Source of the DNA: Squalus acanthias
Lineage: Eukaryota
Reading direction: 5' to 3'
NCBI GenBank assembly: GCA_030390025.1
Contig: CM059431.1
Location: forward strand, 154,506,001-154,570,000
Length of the DNA stretch: 64,000 nt
Shown one piece after another: positions 36,641 to 49,055 of this stretch. The notes below the pieces were generated by a model. That model saw nothing but the letters and a program-made list of their open reading frames with translations. It did not search any database and was not told the origin of the DNA. Position numbers and translations under genes: made by a program. Position 1 is the first letter of the stretch, and each line of letters opens with the position of its first letter.

Positions 36641-39600
36641 CGGATCCGCAATGTGTTGAATAAAAGTTGGCGATATCACCTTCAAGCAGCTTGGAGAAAA
36701 TAGCACGCGGTTTAAGCAATTAAACGACGAAATACATGACACAAGCACTGAGTATTATTCCATTTCTGCCCGTTCGTTGAGTTCAAAAGATTTGTATGTC
36801 AAAATAATGTGAAGGATTATTATTTATGATTGTTATTCATTAAAATGTGTCCAGGCCGGTTCCATCCAGTAATATCAGGTCTACGAATATTACATCTGAG
36901 TATCTGATTATTTTGGACAAAATAACTGCTGTTCCGTGTGCTGACATCTTAGCTGAGAGTCCGAATGTAGGATCCCGAAAAAAAACAAGTTTCGGGCACA
37001 TTCATCAATGCGATGAACTGAACAATGCGAATATGACCAACGTCAGTGATCAGTGTCCAGAACCGAGCAGGAGAAATAAATTATGAAAAATTAAGGGGAA
37101 AGGTTAGACATTTGGTCCATCATTTCAAAAACCATGGGAGCAGTAAAGGAAAGAGCGACCGGCCTAATACCACTGCAAGAACTGACAGCAGCACCGTGAC
37201 ATCTGATGTACATGCTAAAGATTCCATCACAGCAATAGAACAAATAAATCCTGTCTGGAGCGAATCTCACATCAATATATCTAAAATTAGATGCCCTACA
37301 TAAGAACATAAGAACGTAAGAAATAGGAGCAGGAGTAGACAATTGGCCCTTCGAGCCTGTTCCGCCATTCAACAAGATCATGGCTGATCTAGGCATGAAA
37401 GCGACTTCCCAGCCCGCGCCCCATAACCCTTCACTCCCTTATCTGCAAAAATGTCTCTATCTCCACTTTAAATGTATTTAATGACTCAGCGTCCACAGCT
37501 AACCGGGGCAGAAAATTCCACAAATTTACGATCCTCTGAGAGAAGAAGTTCCTCCTCACCTTAGTTCTTAAAGGGCGACATTTTACACTGAGACTGTGCC
37601 TGCGAGTTCTAGATTTCCCCATGAGAGGAAACAATCTCTCTGCATCTACACTGTCGAGCCCGCTCACTATCTTATATGCTTCGATATGATCACCGCTCAT
37701 TCTTCTAAATGCCAATGAGTATACGACCAGCCTGCTCAACCTTTCTTCAAATTTAAAACCCCTCATCTCTGGAATTAACTCAGGGAATCGTCTCTGAACT
37801 ACCTCCAAATCAAGTATATCCTTCATTAAATAAGGAGACCAAAACTGTACGCAGTACTCAAATTGAGGTCTCAACAATACCTTGTAGTTGTAGCAGGACG
37901 TCCCTGCTTTTATCCTCCAACCCCCTTGAAATAAAGGCCAACATTCCATTTGCCTTTTTGATTACTTGCTGTACCTGCATGATAACTTTTTGTGTTTCAT
38001 GCACAAGGTCCCCAAAGGCCCTCTGAACTGTAGCATTTTGTAGTCTCTCTTCATTTAAAAATAGTTTGTTTTTTATTTTACCTTCCAAAGTGCATAACCT
38101 CGCACTTTCCCACATTATACTCCATTTGCTGAATGTTTTCCCACTCACCTAGCCTGTCTATATCCCTCTGCAGATTCTTTGAGTACTCTGCACAAGTTGC
38201 TTTCCCATACATCTTTGTATCCTCCGCAAAATTGGCTATATTACACTCGATCCCTTCATCCAAGTCATTAATGTAGATTATAAATATTTGAGGTCCCAGC
38301 ACCGATCCATGTGGCACCGCACTCGTTAGAGTTTGCCAAACAGAAAATGAACCATTTATCCCGACTCTCTGCTTTCTGTTAGTTAGCCGATTCTCTATCC
38401 ATGCTAATATATTACCCCAACTCCGTGAACTCTTATCTTATGCAGTAATATTTTATGTGACCCCTTATCGAAGGCCATCTGGAAATCCAAATACCCCACA
38501 TTCACTGGCTCACCCTTGTCCATCCTGCTTGTTACATCCTCTAAGAAGGCCAGCAAATTTGTTAAACATGATTTCCCTTTCATAACACCATGCTAACTCT
38601 GTTTGACTGCAGTATGTATTTCTAAATGCCCTTCTAATGCTTCCTTAATGAAGAACTCACTTTTGCGGGATATTTCCAGAGGCCAGTGTCGGGAGCGGAG
38701 AGAGCAGCAGCAAAGTGAATAGTTAAACTCACTTTCGTGGGAATTTACAGAGGCCAGTGTCGGGAAAGGGCCCTTGAGTATATCATTTAATTGAAGTGAA
38801 ATTGGTGGGATTCATTTAAATTAATTTTAATTAATTAATTAAAGGGTTAGTCATGGCAGGAGAGTTCCGCCCCGTGATATGCTCCTCCTGCTATATGTGG
38901 GAAAACAGGGATGCTTCTGGTGTCCCTGACGACCATATGTGTGGGAAGTGTATCCAGCTGCAGCTACTGATAGACCACATTGCGGGGCTGAAGCTGCGGA
39001 TGGATGCATATTGGAGCATTCGCGACGCTGAGAACGTCGTGGATAGCACTTTTAGCGAGTTGGTCACACCGCAGGTAAACGGTGTACAGGCAGGAAGTGA
39101 ATGGGTGACCACCAGGCAGAGTAAGAGATGCAGGCAGTTAGTGCAAGGGTCCCCTGTGGACATCCGACTCTCAAAAAGATATACCACTTTGGATACTGTT
39201 GGGGGGGGATGAGTTATCAGGGGAAGGAAGCAGCAGCCAACTTCCTGGCACCATGTGTGGCTCTGCTACACAGGCTGGGAGGAAAACGAGTGGAAGAGCT
39301 ACAGTGATAGGGGATTCAATTGTAAGGGGAATAGATAGGCGTTTCTATGTCCGCAAACGAGATTCCAGGATGATGTGTTGCCTCCCTGGTGCAAGGGTCA
39401 AGGACGTCTCGGAGTGGCTACCGAGCATTTTGGAGAGGGAGGGTGAACAGCCAGTTGTCGTGGTGCACATAGGCATCAACGATATAGGTAAAAAACGGGA
39501 TGCGGTCCTAAAAGCAGAATATAGGGAGTTCGGAGGTAAATTAAAAAATAGGACCTCAAAGGTAGTAATCTCATGATTGCTACCATTGCCACGTTCTAGT

Positions 39601-40708
39601 CAGAGTAGAAATAGAAGGATATTTCAAATGAATACGTGGCTAGAGGAATGGTGCAAGGGGGTGAGATTCAAATTACTTGGATATTGGAAACGGTTCTTGG
39701 GGAGGTGGGACCATTACAAACGGAACGGTCTGCCCATGGGCAGGGCCGCGACCGATGTCCCCGGGGGCTGTTTGCTAGTGCTGTTGGTGGAGGGTTTAAA
39801 CTATAGGGGGTAAAAATTCACTTGGTTGCGCCACCCGTTAGCGTCTTAAGAGGGCGCTAATGGGGCGCAAAGCCGCTAACGCCCGGGCGCAGCGATGTTT
39901 GCGCCGCTCGAGAACTTAACTTGAGATTGTGCGGCGGCGCTAAAACTTACCGCTGCGACCACCTGCGCGCGCAGATTGTGACGTCATTCCATGGTGCAAC
40001 GCCCTTGGGGCGCCCCGTAGCGGAAATTGAGTGGCGCCCCCTGCCTTACCGCCTGGCGCTTCCAACGACCAGAAGACTGGAACGCTATCAATCGCTGTGG
40101 GGCTGGGGGGGGGCGCTATTTAAAGGGGGCCTCTTCCTGTCTTTTATTGTTGGTGGCATTTTTGAACTACGCATTCTGAGAGAGAGAGGGAGAGACTTCT
40201 GGAGAGATTCAACGTTGTGTGAAGGAGTTTTGGGTACTGAGCAGCACTTTGCAGGTTCATTTTGATTTGCCATTCCTTGTATCGATTTAGCAGAGACCGT
40301 GGGAGCTGCACTCTGAGCTCTTTGCCTGGTGCTCTCCATTGTTCTTTCCAGCACATTTGATGTGCAAGTCTCTCCAGGCCGAGATTCAAGGCAGCAATGA
40401 ACAGGATGTGGATGGAAAGCAAGATTAACCATCCCCTTTAAGAACTGGCCCGTGCCATTGTGTGTGTGTTCCATTGCTGACTGACATTACATGAGCTTCG
40501 CCAGCGCTCCGAGTTAGCGCCTCACTGCTCGGCCTTTGCGCCTTAAGAGAGGTGTGCAGCGCCTGCTTTAGCGCTCCACTCACCTCCCGGGGCGGTAAAA
40601 GTGAAGTTTCCCGTCAGTGCCGATAATTAGCGCCAGGCGCTAATATTTGCATCCGGACGATATTTGCACCCCAAATGGGGCGCGACCTAATTTCTACCCA
40701 AGGAACGA

Positions 40709-41440
40709 GAGTTCATCTCTTTCCCTATGACCCCAGACAAGCAGCATGACCGTGCTCTGGGCTTTGCGAGGGTAGCAGGCTTCCCCATGGTGCAGGGCAC
40801 CATTGACTGCACGCATGTGGCTTTGCGTGCTCCTCGAGAGAATGCAGAGGAATTCAGGAACAGAAAGGGGTTCCATTCCTTGAATGTGCAGTTGGTCTGT
40901 GACCACAGACAGGTGATACTCGCTGTCAATGCCCACTATCTGGGCAGCTGCCACGATGCTTTCATCCTGCGCCAGACTACTGTGGCAGAAGTTTTCGAGG
41001 CACCGCATCAGCCAGTTGGTTGGCTTCTGGGGGACAAGGGGTACGCATTGAGCACCTGGCTGATGACACCGCTCCGTACGCCAAACACCCCTGCTGAGCT
41101 GCGGTACAATGAAAGCCATCAAGCAACCAGGAACATTATTGAGCGCACAATCGGCGTGCTGAAACAACGGTTCCGCTGTCTGGACCATTCCGGAGGAGCC
41201 CTGCAGTACTCGCCTGAGCAAGTTTCGAACTTCGTAGTCGTGTGCTGCATGTTGCACAACATGGCAATCCTCAGGACCCAGCCAATGCCACCAGGCCTTG
41301 TAGCACCACCAGAGGAGGAGGAGGAAGAGGAGGAACAGGACGAGGACGATGATCATCAGCAGCACCAAGGCGGGAGGGCGGCCCACAATGGTCAAACTGC
41401 AAGGGCCGTCCGTCAACGACTAATAGCAAGCCGCTTCTAG
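40709..41440 (+). pseudogene. PIF/Harbinger (HARBI1-like) DDE transposase, N-terminally truncated with an open catalytic core
   Basis: GTIDCTHV, NRKGFHSLNVQLVCD, GSCHDAFIL, LLGDKGY, IERTIGVLKQRFRCL, CCMLHN and an acidic tail. AATAAA at ~41602. Confidence 0.9.
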
Positions 41441-41734
41441 GGCCCCTGCCATTGCTACAAACACTAATCAACCCAGCACGCAACCCCTAAGCCGGACAAG
41501 GCACCAATAATTCCAACCACCAGCCATGTATATTTTGAATACAGAAACTTATTTATTTTACAAACTCTGTGTGTGTCAATTCCTCATGACAAACTCATAG
41601 AAATAAACACAAAAAAACAGTCAATAACATAACTGGTTCTCACAACCTGGAGATAATGTCCAAAACACTAAACAAAAGTTGGACCATGAACCTCGGCCTT
41701 TAATTAAAAAATGACCAGCATTTTGGCACACCTC

Positions 41735-43611
41735 CTACTTTTTGCCCTTCGAGGGTGATCTCCTTCCCTTGCCCACTTCCCCCCTTCTAACCCTACTGCT
41801 CCTCCGTAATGGGACCTCAGTGGCTGCAGCAAGGCTGGTGGAAGGCTGCTGCTCGTCAGACACTGACACTGCAGATGCCCCTGAAGGACGGCCTCGACCA
41901 CTTCTGGGCCTGTAGGGCCCGGCTGCAGACTGCACCAACTCTGCATGGGCGGCAGCAGTCTGTCCTACAGGCGGTGGCAAGTGCAGTGGAGAAGTGACAG
42001 TGTTGGCAGCAGGAATGCTGTCATCGTGAGAGAGGACAGCAACTCCTTGCTCGCCCGACACACTGGCATTCCCACGGGGCAGCACTTCAGCATCCGGAGC
42101 AATTTGCCGGAGAACAGATTGCTGGCCAGCTGCGGCGCGGTGACAGCCCCGGGGATATGTGCACGAACCATCGAGGATGGCAGCAGTCAGTGCTCGCGTG
42201 GCCTCAATCTGAGTCTGCATGAGAGCAGTCTCAGATGGGTTCCTGGCAGCCAGTGACTGAATTGCAGCACTAAGCTTTAGTGTGGCATCCGCCTGTGCCA
42301 CAGCGAAGTGCTCCACACTCCTTGCCAGTGATTCAATGCATTCGGGCACCCTTCCCACTGCACCCATGAGCTCACTGTGCATGCCCACCGCCTGGCTGTT
42401 CATTTCTGCAATCAGCCGCTCCTCCTCTGCGTCCATTGCAGTAGGAGAGTCTGGCATACTCTCCCTCTGGGGAGAAGGCCCCCGTTCTTCCCTACCCCCC
42501 CCCATGGCGTTTCTGCAGCCCGCTGGGTCCTGGAGCTTCACCATCATCAGCCCCTTCCCCCCTGCTCCCCTCCGGGGAAGGCGTGTTCCCAGTGTGGGCA
42601 TGGGCTTCCTCGGGAGAGGGTGGCACTGATGCTCCGGCTTCCTCTTCCTCCTCAGCTGCAGCATCACTCCCAGTGGCAGCTTCAGGGCCCGTCTCCTCAG
42701 CTGGTGAATCACCATCTGAAAGCAGGGAGGTACAAGAGTGGCTTTAGCGTGAGGACAGGGTGGCAGTAAGGGAGGAATAAGTGCAGCGAGTTAGCAAGTT
42801 GGATTGAAAGTGTCAAAGGCTGGTATTGTGAGGGACAAGTGGAAGGACAGAGGACAAAAAGGTGATGACCTTACCATTGCTGTCCACAACGGGGTCGGCG
42901 TCTCCAGTGGCGACGGGACCGATCACCCGGCTTGCCACAATCCTGTGGACGCGCTCCTCCAGATCGCTGAGGGGTTGCAGCTGAAGCCGCCCTCCACCCG
43001 TCCGTTGCTGCTGTCTCCGATTATGAGCCAGCTTAGCCTGCAAGAAAAAGGACAGCATCTGAGTAAATATACAGCCATGGTCTTGCCTGATGTGCCTCCC
43101 ATAGGTGAATAGCCCTTACAATATAAAGCCATGGTCTTGCCTGATGTGCCTCCCATAGGTGAATAGCCCTGACTGTATGCAGCCATGGTCTTGCCTGATG
43201 TGCCTCCCATAGGTGAATAGCCCTTACTGTATGCAAAGTGTGGAATGTGTGTGTGTGTTTGATGAAAGGGCCATAGGTGTTGGATGAGTGTTGTGCATTG
43301 GGGTTTTAAGACCCTCTGGCCATAGAGTGAGGTTGAGATGGAGGGATGGAGAGGTATTGAGAAAAAGCCACTCACCCTGACGACCCGAGTGAGGTCGTTG
43401 AACTTTTTGCGGCATTGAACATGGGTCCTGGGCACCATGCTCCTGGAGGAGACGCTCTGAGCCACCTCCATCTACACTCTTCTGAACTCGCGTGCAAAGG
43501 CCTCCTGCCACTCTCCGGGAACAGCATGCATCGTCTGCGCTCCACTGCGTCAACCAGAGCATCCAAGGCCCGCTCGGTGAAGCGATGAGCGCGTTCTCTC
43601 ACCCTCTCCAT
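41735..43611 (-). pseudogene. Harbinger Myb/SANT-like DNA-binding protein, 3 exons (43611-43376, 43037-42875, 42715-41735)
   Basis: RAHRFTERALDALVDAV...EVAQSV..RTHVQCRKKFNDL. GT-AG introns have compatible phases (0, 1). Frameshift and stop at ~43470-43500, and a frameshift in the G-run at ~42500. Confidence 0.85.
43073..43235. repeat. 54-bp tandem repeat, three copies, in Myb intron 1
   Basis: GCCATGGTCTTGCCTGATGTGCCTCCCATAGGTGAATAGCCCT starts at 43074, 43128 and 43182. Confidence 0.95.
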
Positions 43612-46600
43612 GCTTGGCAGCAAAATGGATTACAGGTCTCTCCAGGCTGAGATTCAAGGCTACAATGAGCAGGGTGTGGCTGGGGAGCAAGTGCCCCCCC
43701 CCCCGCTTTAAGAAGTGTCCGGCGCCAGTGTGTCTGTGTTCCCTCGCTAACTGGCAGCAGCTGCGCTGCGCTCGTGCGCTGAGTTAGCGCCTCACTCCTT
43801 GGCCTTTGCGCCTTAAGAGAGGTGTGCAGCGCCTAATTTAGCGCTCCACTCACCTCCCGGGGCGGTAAAAGTGAAGTTTCCTGTCAGTGCCGATAATTAG
43901 CGCCAGGCGCTAATATTTGCGTCCGGACGATATTTGCGCCCCAAATGGGGCGCGACCTAATTTCTACCCAAGGAACATTCGGAACAAGGTGGATGAATTA
44001 GCTGCCAGAATAGAAGTTGATGAATACAATTTGATTGGGTTTACAGAAACATGGCTTCAGGGTGACCAAGGCTGGGAACTCAACATCCAGGGATATTCAA
44101 TATTTAAGAAAGATAGGCAAAAAAGAAAGGGAGGTGGGGTAGCTTTGCTGGTTAAAGAGGGGATTAACACAATTGAAAGGAAGGATATTAGCTCTAATGA
44201 TGTGGTATCTGCATGGGTAGAACTGAGGAATAACAAGGGGCAGAAAACGTTAGTGGGAGTGGTATATGGACCTCCAAACAGTAATACGGAGTTGGGGACG
44301 GCATTAAAAGGGAAATTAGAGAAGCATGCAGTAAGAGCACAGCAGACATCATGGGTGACTTTAATTTACATGTAGATTGGGCTAACCAAATTAGTAAAAA
44401 TACTGTGGAGCAGGAATTCCTAGAATGTTTACGGGATGTTTTTTTGGAACAATATATCGAGGGCTCAACCAGAGATCAGGCCATTTTAGACTGGGTATTA
44501 TGTAACGAGAAAGGATTAATTAGAAATCTTGTTGTACGTTGGGTCAGAGTGATCATAATATGATAGAATTCTTCATTAGGATGGAGAGTGAATAGTTGAA
44601 TCAGAGACTTGGGCCCTGAATTTAAATAAAGGGCACTACAATGGTATGAGGCACGAATTGGGTCGGATTGATAGGGGAATTTCACTCAAAGGGTTGACGG
44701 TGGATAGGCAATGGCAAACATTCAAAGACTGCATGCATGAACTACAGAATTTGTTCATCCCAGGGTGGCATAAGATAAAACAAAAAGGCTGACTCATCCG
44801 TGGCTAACAAGGGAAATTAGGGATAGCATAAGATCCAAGGAGTGGGCATTTAAATTGGCCAGAAAAAGCGGTAAATCTGAAGATTGGGAGCAGTTTAGAA
44901 TTCAACAAAGGAGGACAAAGGGATTAATAAAGAAAGGGAACATAGAATATGAAAGTAAGCTTGCAGGGAACATAAAAACTGACTGTAAGAGCTTTTTATA
45001 GATATGTGAAGAGAAAAAGAGTAGTGAAATCAAGTGTAGGTCCCTTGCAGTCAGAAGCGGGGGAAGTTATAATGAGGAACAAAGAAATGGCAGACCAATT
45101 AAATGCATATTTTGTTTCTGTCTTCAAAAAGGAGGACACAAATAACCTCCCAGCGATGTTGGAGAACATAGGGTCTGATGAAATGGTGGAAGTGAAATAA
45201 ATCAGCATTTGCAGGGAACTGGTATTAGGGAAATTGACGGGATTGAATCCGATAAATCCCCAGGGCCTGATAATCTACATCCTAGGGTACCTAAGGAAGT
45301 GGCCCTAGAAATAGTAGATGCATTGCTGATCATCTTCCAACATTCGATGGAATCTGGAAGTGTACCCATGGATTGGAGGGTAGCTAAAGTTACCCCACTA
45401 TTAAAAAAGGGTGGTAGAGAGAAAGTGGGGAATTGACATCGGCAGTGGGGAAAATGCTGGAGTCCATTATAAAGGATATAATAGCTGAGCACTTGAAAAA
45501 CAGTGACAGGAGCGGACAAAGTCAACATGGATTTACAAAAGGTAAATCGTGCTTGACTAATCTACTGGAAATTTTTGAGGATGTAACTGGGAAAATAGAT
45601 AAAGGAGAACCAGTAGATGTGGTGTATTTTGACTTACAAAAGGCTTTCGATAAGGTCCCGCATAAGAGATAAGCGTTTAAAGTTAAGGCACGTGGGATTG
45701 GGGCAAGGTATTGATTTGGATAGAGAACTGGTTGTCGGACAGAAAGCAGAGAGTAGGAATTAATGGTTCTTTTTTCCGAGTGGCAGGGAGTGACTCGTGG
45801 GGTACGGCAGGGATCGGTCCTTGGACCCCAGCTATTCACAATATACATTAATGATCTAGATAAGGGAACTAAATGTAATATCTCCAAGTTTGCAGATGAC
45901 ACAAAGCTGGGTGGGCGTGTGTGCTGCGAGGAGGATACCGAGAAATTCCAGGATGATTTGGACAGATTGGGTGAGTGGGCAGAAGCGTGGCAGATGCAAT
46001 ATAACGTGGATAAATGCGAGGTTTTCCAGTTTGGTGTCAAAAACAGAAAGGCAGACGATTATCTGAATGGCAATAGTTTGGGAGAAGGGGAAGTGCAACG
46101 AGACCTGTTTGCCCTTGTGCACCAGTCGCTGAAGGTAAGCATGCAGGTGCAGCAAGCGGTGAAGAAGGCAAATGGTATGTTGGCCTTCATAGAGAAATGG
46201 TTTGATTATAGGAACAGGGATGTCCTGCTGCAGTTGTACAGGGCCTTAGTGAGACAACACCTTGAGTACTGTGTGCAGTTTTGGTCGCCTTATCTGAGGA
46301 AGGATGTTCTTGCCATGGAAGGAGTTCAGCGAAGATTCACAAGGCTGATAGCTGGGATGGCAGGAACGACATATGAGGAGAGATTGGGACGATTGGGTTT
46401 ATACTCGCTGGAGTTTAGAAGAATGAGAGGGGATCTCATCGAAACACATACAATTCTGACAGGTCTGGACAAACTAGATGCAGGAAGAATGTTCCCGATG
46501 GTGGGAGAGTCCAGAAACAGGTGTCATAATCTAAGGGTAAGGGGCAAGCCATTTCGGACATAAATGAGGAAGAATTTCTTCACCCAGAGAGTGGTGAACG

Positions 46601-47989
46601 TGTGGAATTCTCTACCACAGAAGTTAGTTCAGGCCAAGTCATTAAATATATTCAAGAATGAGTTAGATATATTTCTTAAAGCTAAAGGTATCAGGGGAAA
46701 TGGGGAGAAGGCAGGTACAGGGTACTGAGTTTGGATGTCAGCCATGATCTCATCGATTGGCGGAGCAGGCTGGAGGGGTCGAATGGCCTACTCCTACTCC
46801 TATCTTCGATGTTTCTATGTTAGCAGCATTTTCCCAACAACAGATGTTAGGGTAACTTGTTTATAGTTTCCTTCTTTCTGCCTCCCACTTTTCTTTAATA
46901 GGGGTGTTACATTAGCGTTTTTCCAATCCGCTGGTACCTCTCCAGAATCCAGGGAATTTTGGTATATTGCAACCAATGCATCCACTATCTCTGCAGCCAC
47001 TTATTTTAAGACCCTGGGATGCAGGCCATCTGTTCGAGTGAAATTAACGTCGTTTAGTCCCATTATTTTACCCAGCAATATTTCCCTAGTGATAGTGATT
47101 GTCTTTAGTTCCCCACTCCCTGGCCACTTGATTTTCCATTATTGGGATGTTGTTAGTGTCTTCTACAGTGAAGACAGATGTAAAATATTTGTTCAGAGTC
47201 TCTGCCATTTTCACGTTCCCCATTATTAATTCCCCAGTCTCATCCCCTAAGTGACCAACTTTTACTTTAGCTACCCTCTTCCTTTTTATATACCTGTAGA
47301 AGCTCTTACTATCTGTATTAATGTTTCTTGCCAGCTTACTCTCATAATTCATCTTCTCTCTCTTTATTATTTTTTTCGTCATCCTTTGCTGGTTTTGGAA
47401 TATTTCCAAAACCTCTGTCAGCACATAGCTTGAAATATTAAATCGGGACCAAGAGGAAAATGCTCCTACAGAAATTCTGCTCTGCACGGGCCAAGGTATT
47501 AGCCCTCTATATACAGTGAAAGAAAATCTACCTCTAATTCTCTAAGAAAAAGTAGCAGGTGGATTTGACAGCAGCGCATGGACATCCGGTGAGATTACTC
47601 TTTTTGATGAAATTATATATCCATTTAACTTTAACCCAGTCATCCTCAAATTGTGTTTCGAATCTCTTCTCTTTCTGTTGTGCATTCCTACTTATCTGAG
47701 ACTGTTAACTCATATCTGCGCCGGTGAGGTAAATTATATTCTAAATGGTACAGAAAGTTTCAGACATCACGTCGTGTCCCCATGACAAATTTTATATTTA
47801 ATCTTGGTTCAACCACAGCTGTCTGTTTGCTTCCTTTTTTAAACGTTCTATTACGCCTGAAGTTCTGTTTAACTCAATCCCTCTAACAGCGGTCCTTAAA
47901 GAGACCGCTGCAGACCGCCACAAAAATGTGAGATTAAAAAAAATAACTGAGCGTGGAGCCAATAATGTCAGGAGTATTCCTTCTGGCTG

Positions 47990-48340
47990 CACATTAAAGG
48001 CTCGGGCCATTGCCGGACAGTACTTGCGATTACCTCGCTCCCTCGCCCGGTCGTGTCATCCCTCCTTCTAACAATCGTCGACGCCCTCTCCCTTCTAACG
48101 GCCCTCTCCGTCCTTCTATCGGTCACTCACCCTCCTCCCTCTTCAATAACCAATCCTTCCCGATCACTTCCTGCTCTCCCAGTCGGCCTAAACGTGACCG
48201 ACGAAATTCAAATCATCATCGCCGCCAGGGTGCCTGGGAAAGCACTTGGCCGGTGTAATACAAACGAGACACGCGTCCCAAATAACGCGTGTGCCTCAGG
48301 CCTATAGTTTACGGCACGGGGATAGATGCCGCCGGAATTG
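47990..48340. promoter_or_regulatory. CpG-rich promoter/first-exon-like region
   Basis: High CpG density in non-TE sequence. CCAAT at 48150, ETS-like ACTTCCTG at 48166 and CHR-like TTCAAA at 48207. Minus-strand donors GTGAGT (48130) and GTAATC (48033). Confidence 0.5.
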
Positions 48341-48891
48341 TTTTCGTGTCATGGTGTAAAATTGGTGATAGCCAATCGGCAGTACTAGCGAATGAAGTCA
48401 ACGTAAAATAAAATAAGGAGAGATGTAAAAGACGCTGCCCATTCGCTTTAGAACTTTTTAAATTATCACACAGTCACAATTACAGCTCCCCCCTGCTCAG
48501 TTAAAGCCATTTGACGCGAACCAATTTCCTGAGCATTGTCGATAAATTGAGTGATTATGATACAAACACTCACGCTGCAGTGAGGTAATGATGATGCATT
48601 ATCTGCATGTATTAACCATTGATTCTGTTACGCCAGAGTACAAATTAGAAGATCCATAAAAGCATAAGCAGATAGGTAGATGTAAATGTAAACATAATGA
48701 TAAATAATAGATAGATTTATAGTTAGAAAGACAGAGAGTTAATATATTCAGAATGATTATTCATTATTTGATTTTACCTCTTGCTTTTAGGAATTATTTT
48801 AATGCAGTGGAAGAGATTTCTAACTACATCTACCAAATAATCGCCAGCTGTTGTAAATATTCCATTTTTTCTGTTCACTTGTATTTCATAG

Positions 48892-49055
48892 TGGATGAAA
48901 ATACTAGAGTTGGACCAATTGTATCGATAGGTGTTAACTCTCAGCAATCCAACGATATGGAAATGGACACAAAGTATTATAGAATTCAAGATCCTTTGGA
49001 ACGTATCAGTGCAATTCTGCTTCAAAATGATATATTCACTCGGACAGAATATGAG
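48892..49055 (+). CDS. Exon encoding the N-terminal half of a CARD/death-fold domain
   Basis: Pyrimidine tract ending TTTCATAG, and donor GAG|GTATGT. Translation ..MEMDTKYYRIQDPLERISAILLQNDIFTRTEYE. Possible ATG at 48957. Confidence 0.65.

Larger units (their letters stand above)
39808..43969. mobile_element. Composite PIF/Harbinger DNA transposon with one left end and two right ends
   Basis: Left TIR GGGTAAAAATT at 39808. Right TIRs AATTTCTACCC end at 40699 and 43969. Transposase and Myb/SANT genes are convergent. Confidence 0.85.
38652..46821 (+). mobile_element. Full-length-type CR1 (5' UTR repeats, ORF1 38853-~39804, ORF2 ~43970-46728), interrupted by a Harbinger element
   Basis: ~40-bp direct repeats at 38654 and 38726. 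ORF1 motifs CSSC..CGKC, VIGDS and CCLPGA. ORF2 runs [10 protein letters not shown]...FADD. Tail ends at ~46821. Confidence 0.8.
37298..47420 (-). mobile_element. CR1 host split into 37298-38651 and ~46822-47420
   Basis: RT fragments at 37431-38317. The host resumes with AGCATTTTCCCAAC at ~46825 and continues in ORFs 46815-47000 and 47086-47487. Confidence 0.8.

Noticed and set aside
40727..41440. Host gene HARBI1
   Set aside because: It lies between TIRs beside a Myb partner, is inserted in a CR1 and is 5'-truncated, so it is a transposon copy rather than the domesticated gene.
41735..42715. Standalone 326-aa gene
   Set aside because: The ATG directly follows a splice acceptor. This is exon 3 of the Myb gene, and its first part is normally read in another frame.
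43073..43235. CRISPR-like array, or the repeat protein in ORF 42923-43471
   Set aside because: These are head-to-tail 54-bp units with no unique spacers, inside a GT-AG intron of a eukaryotic transposon gene.
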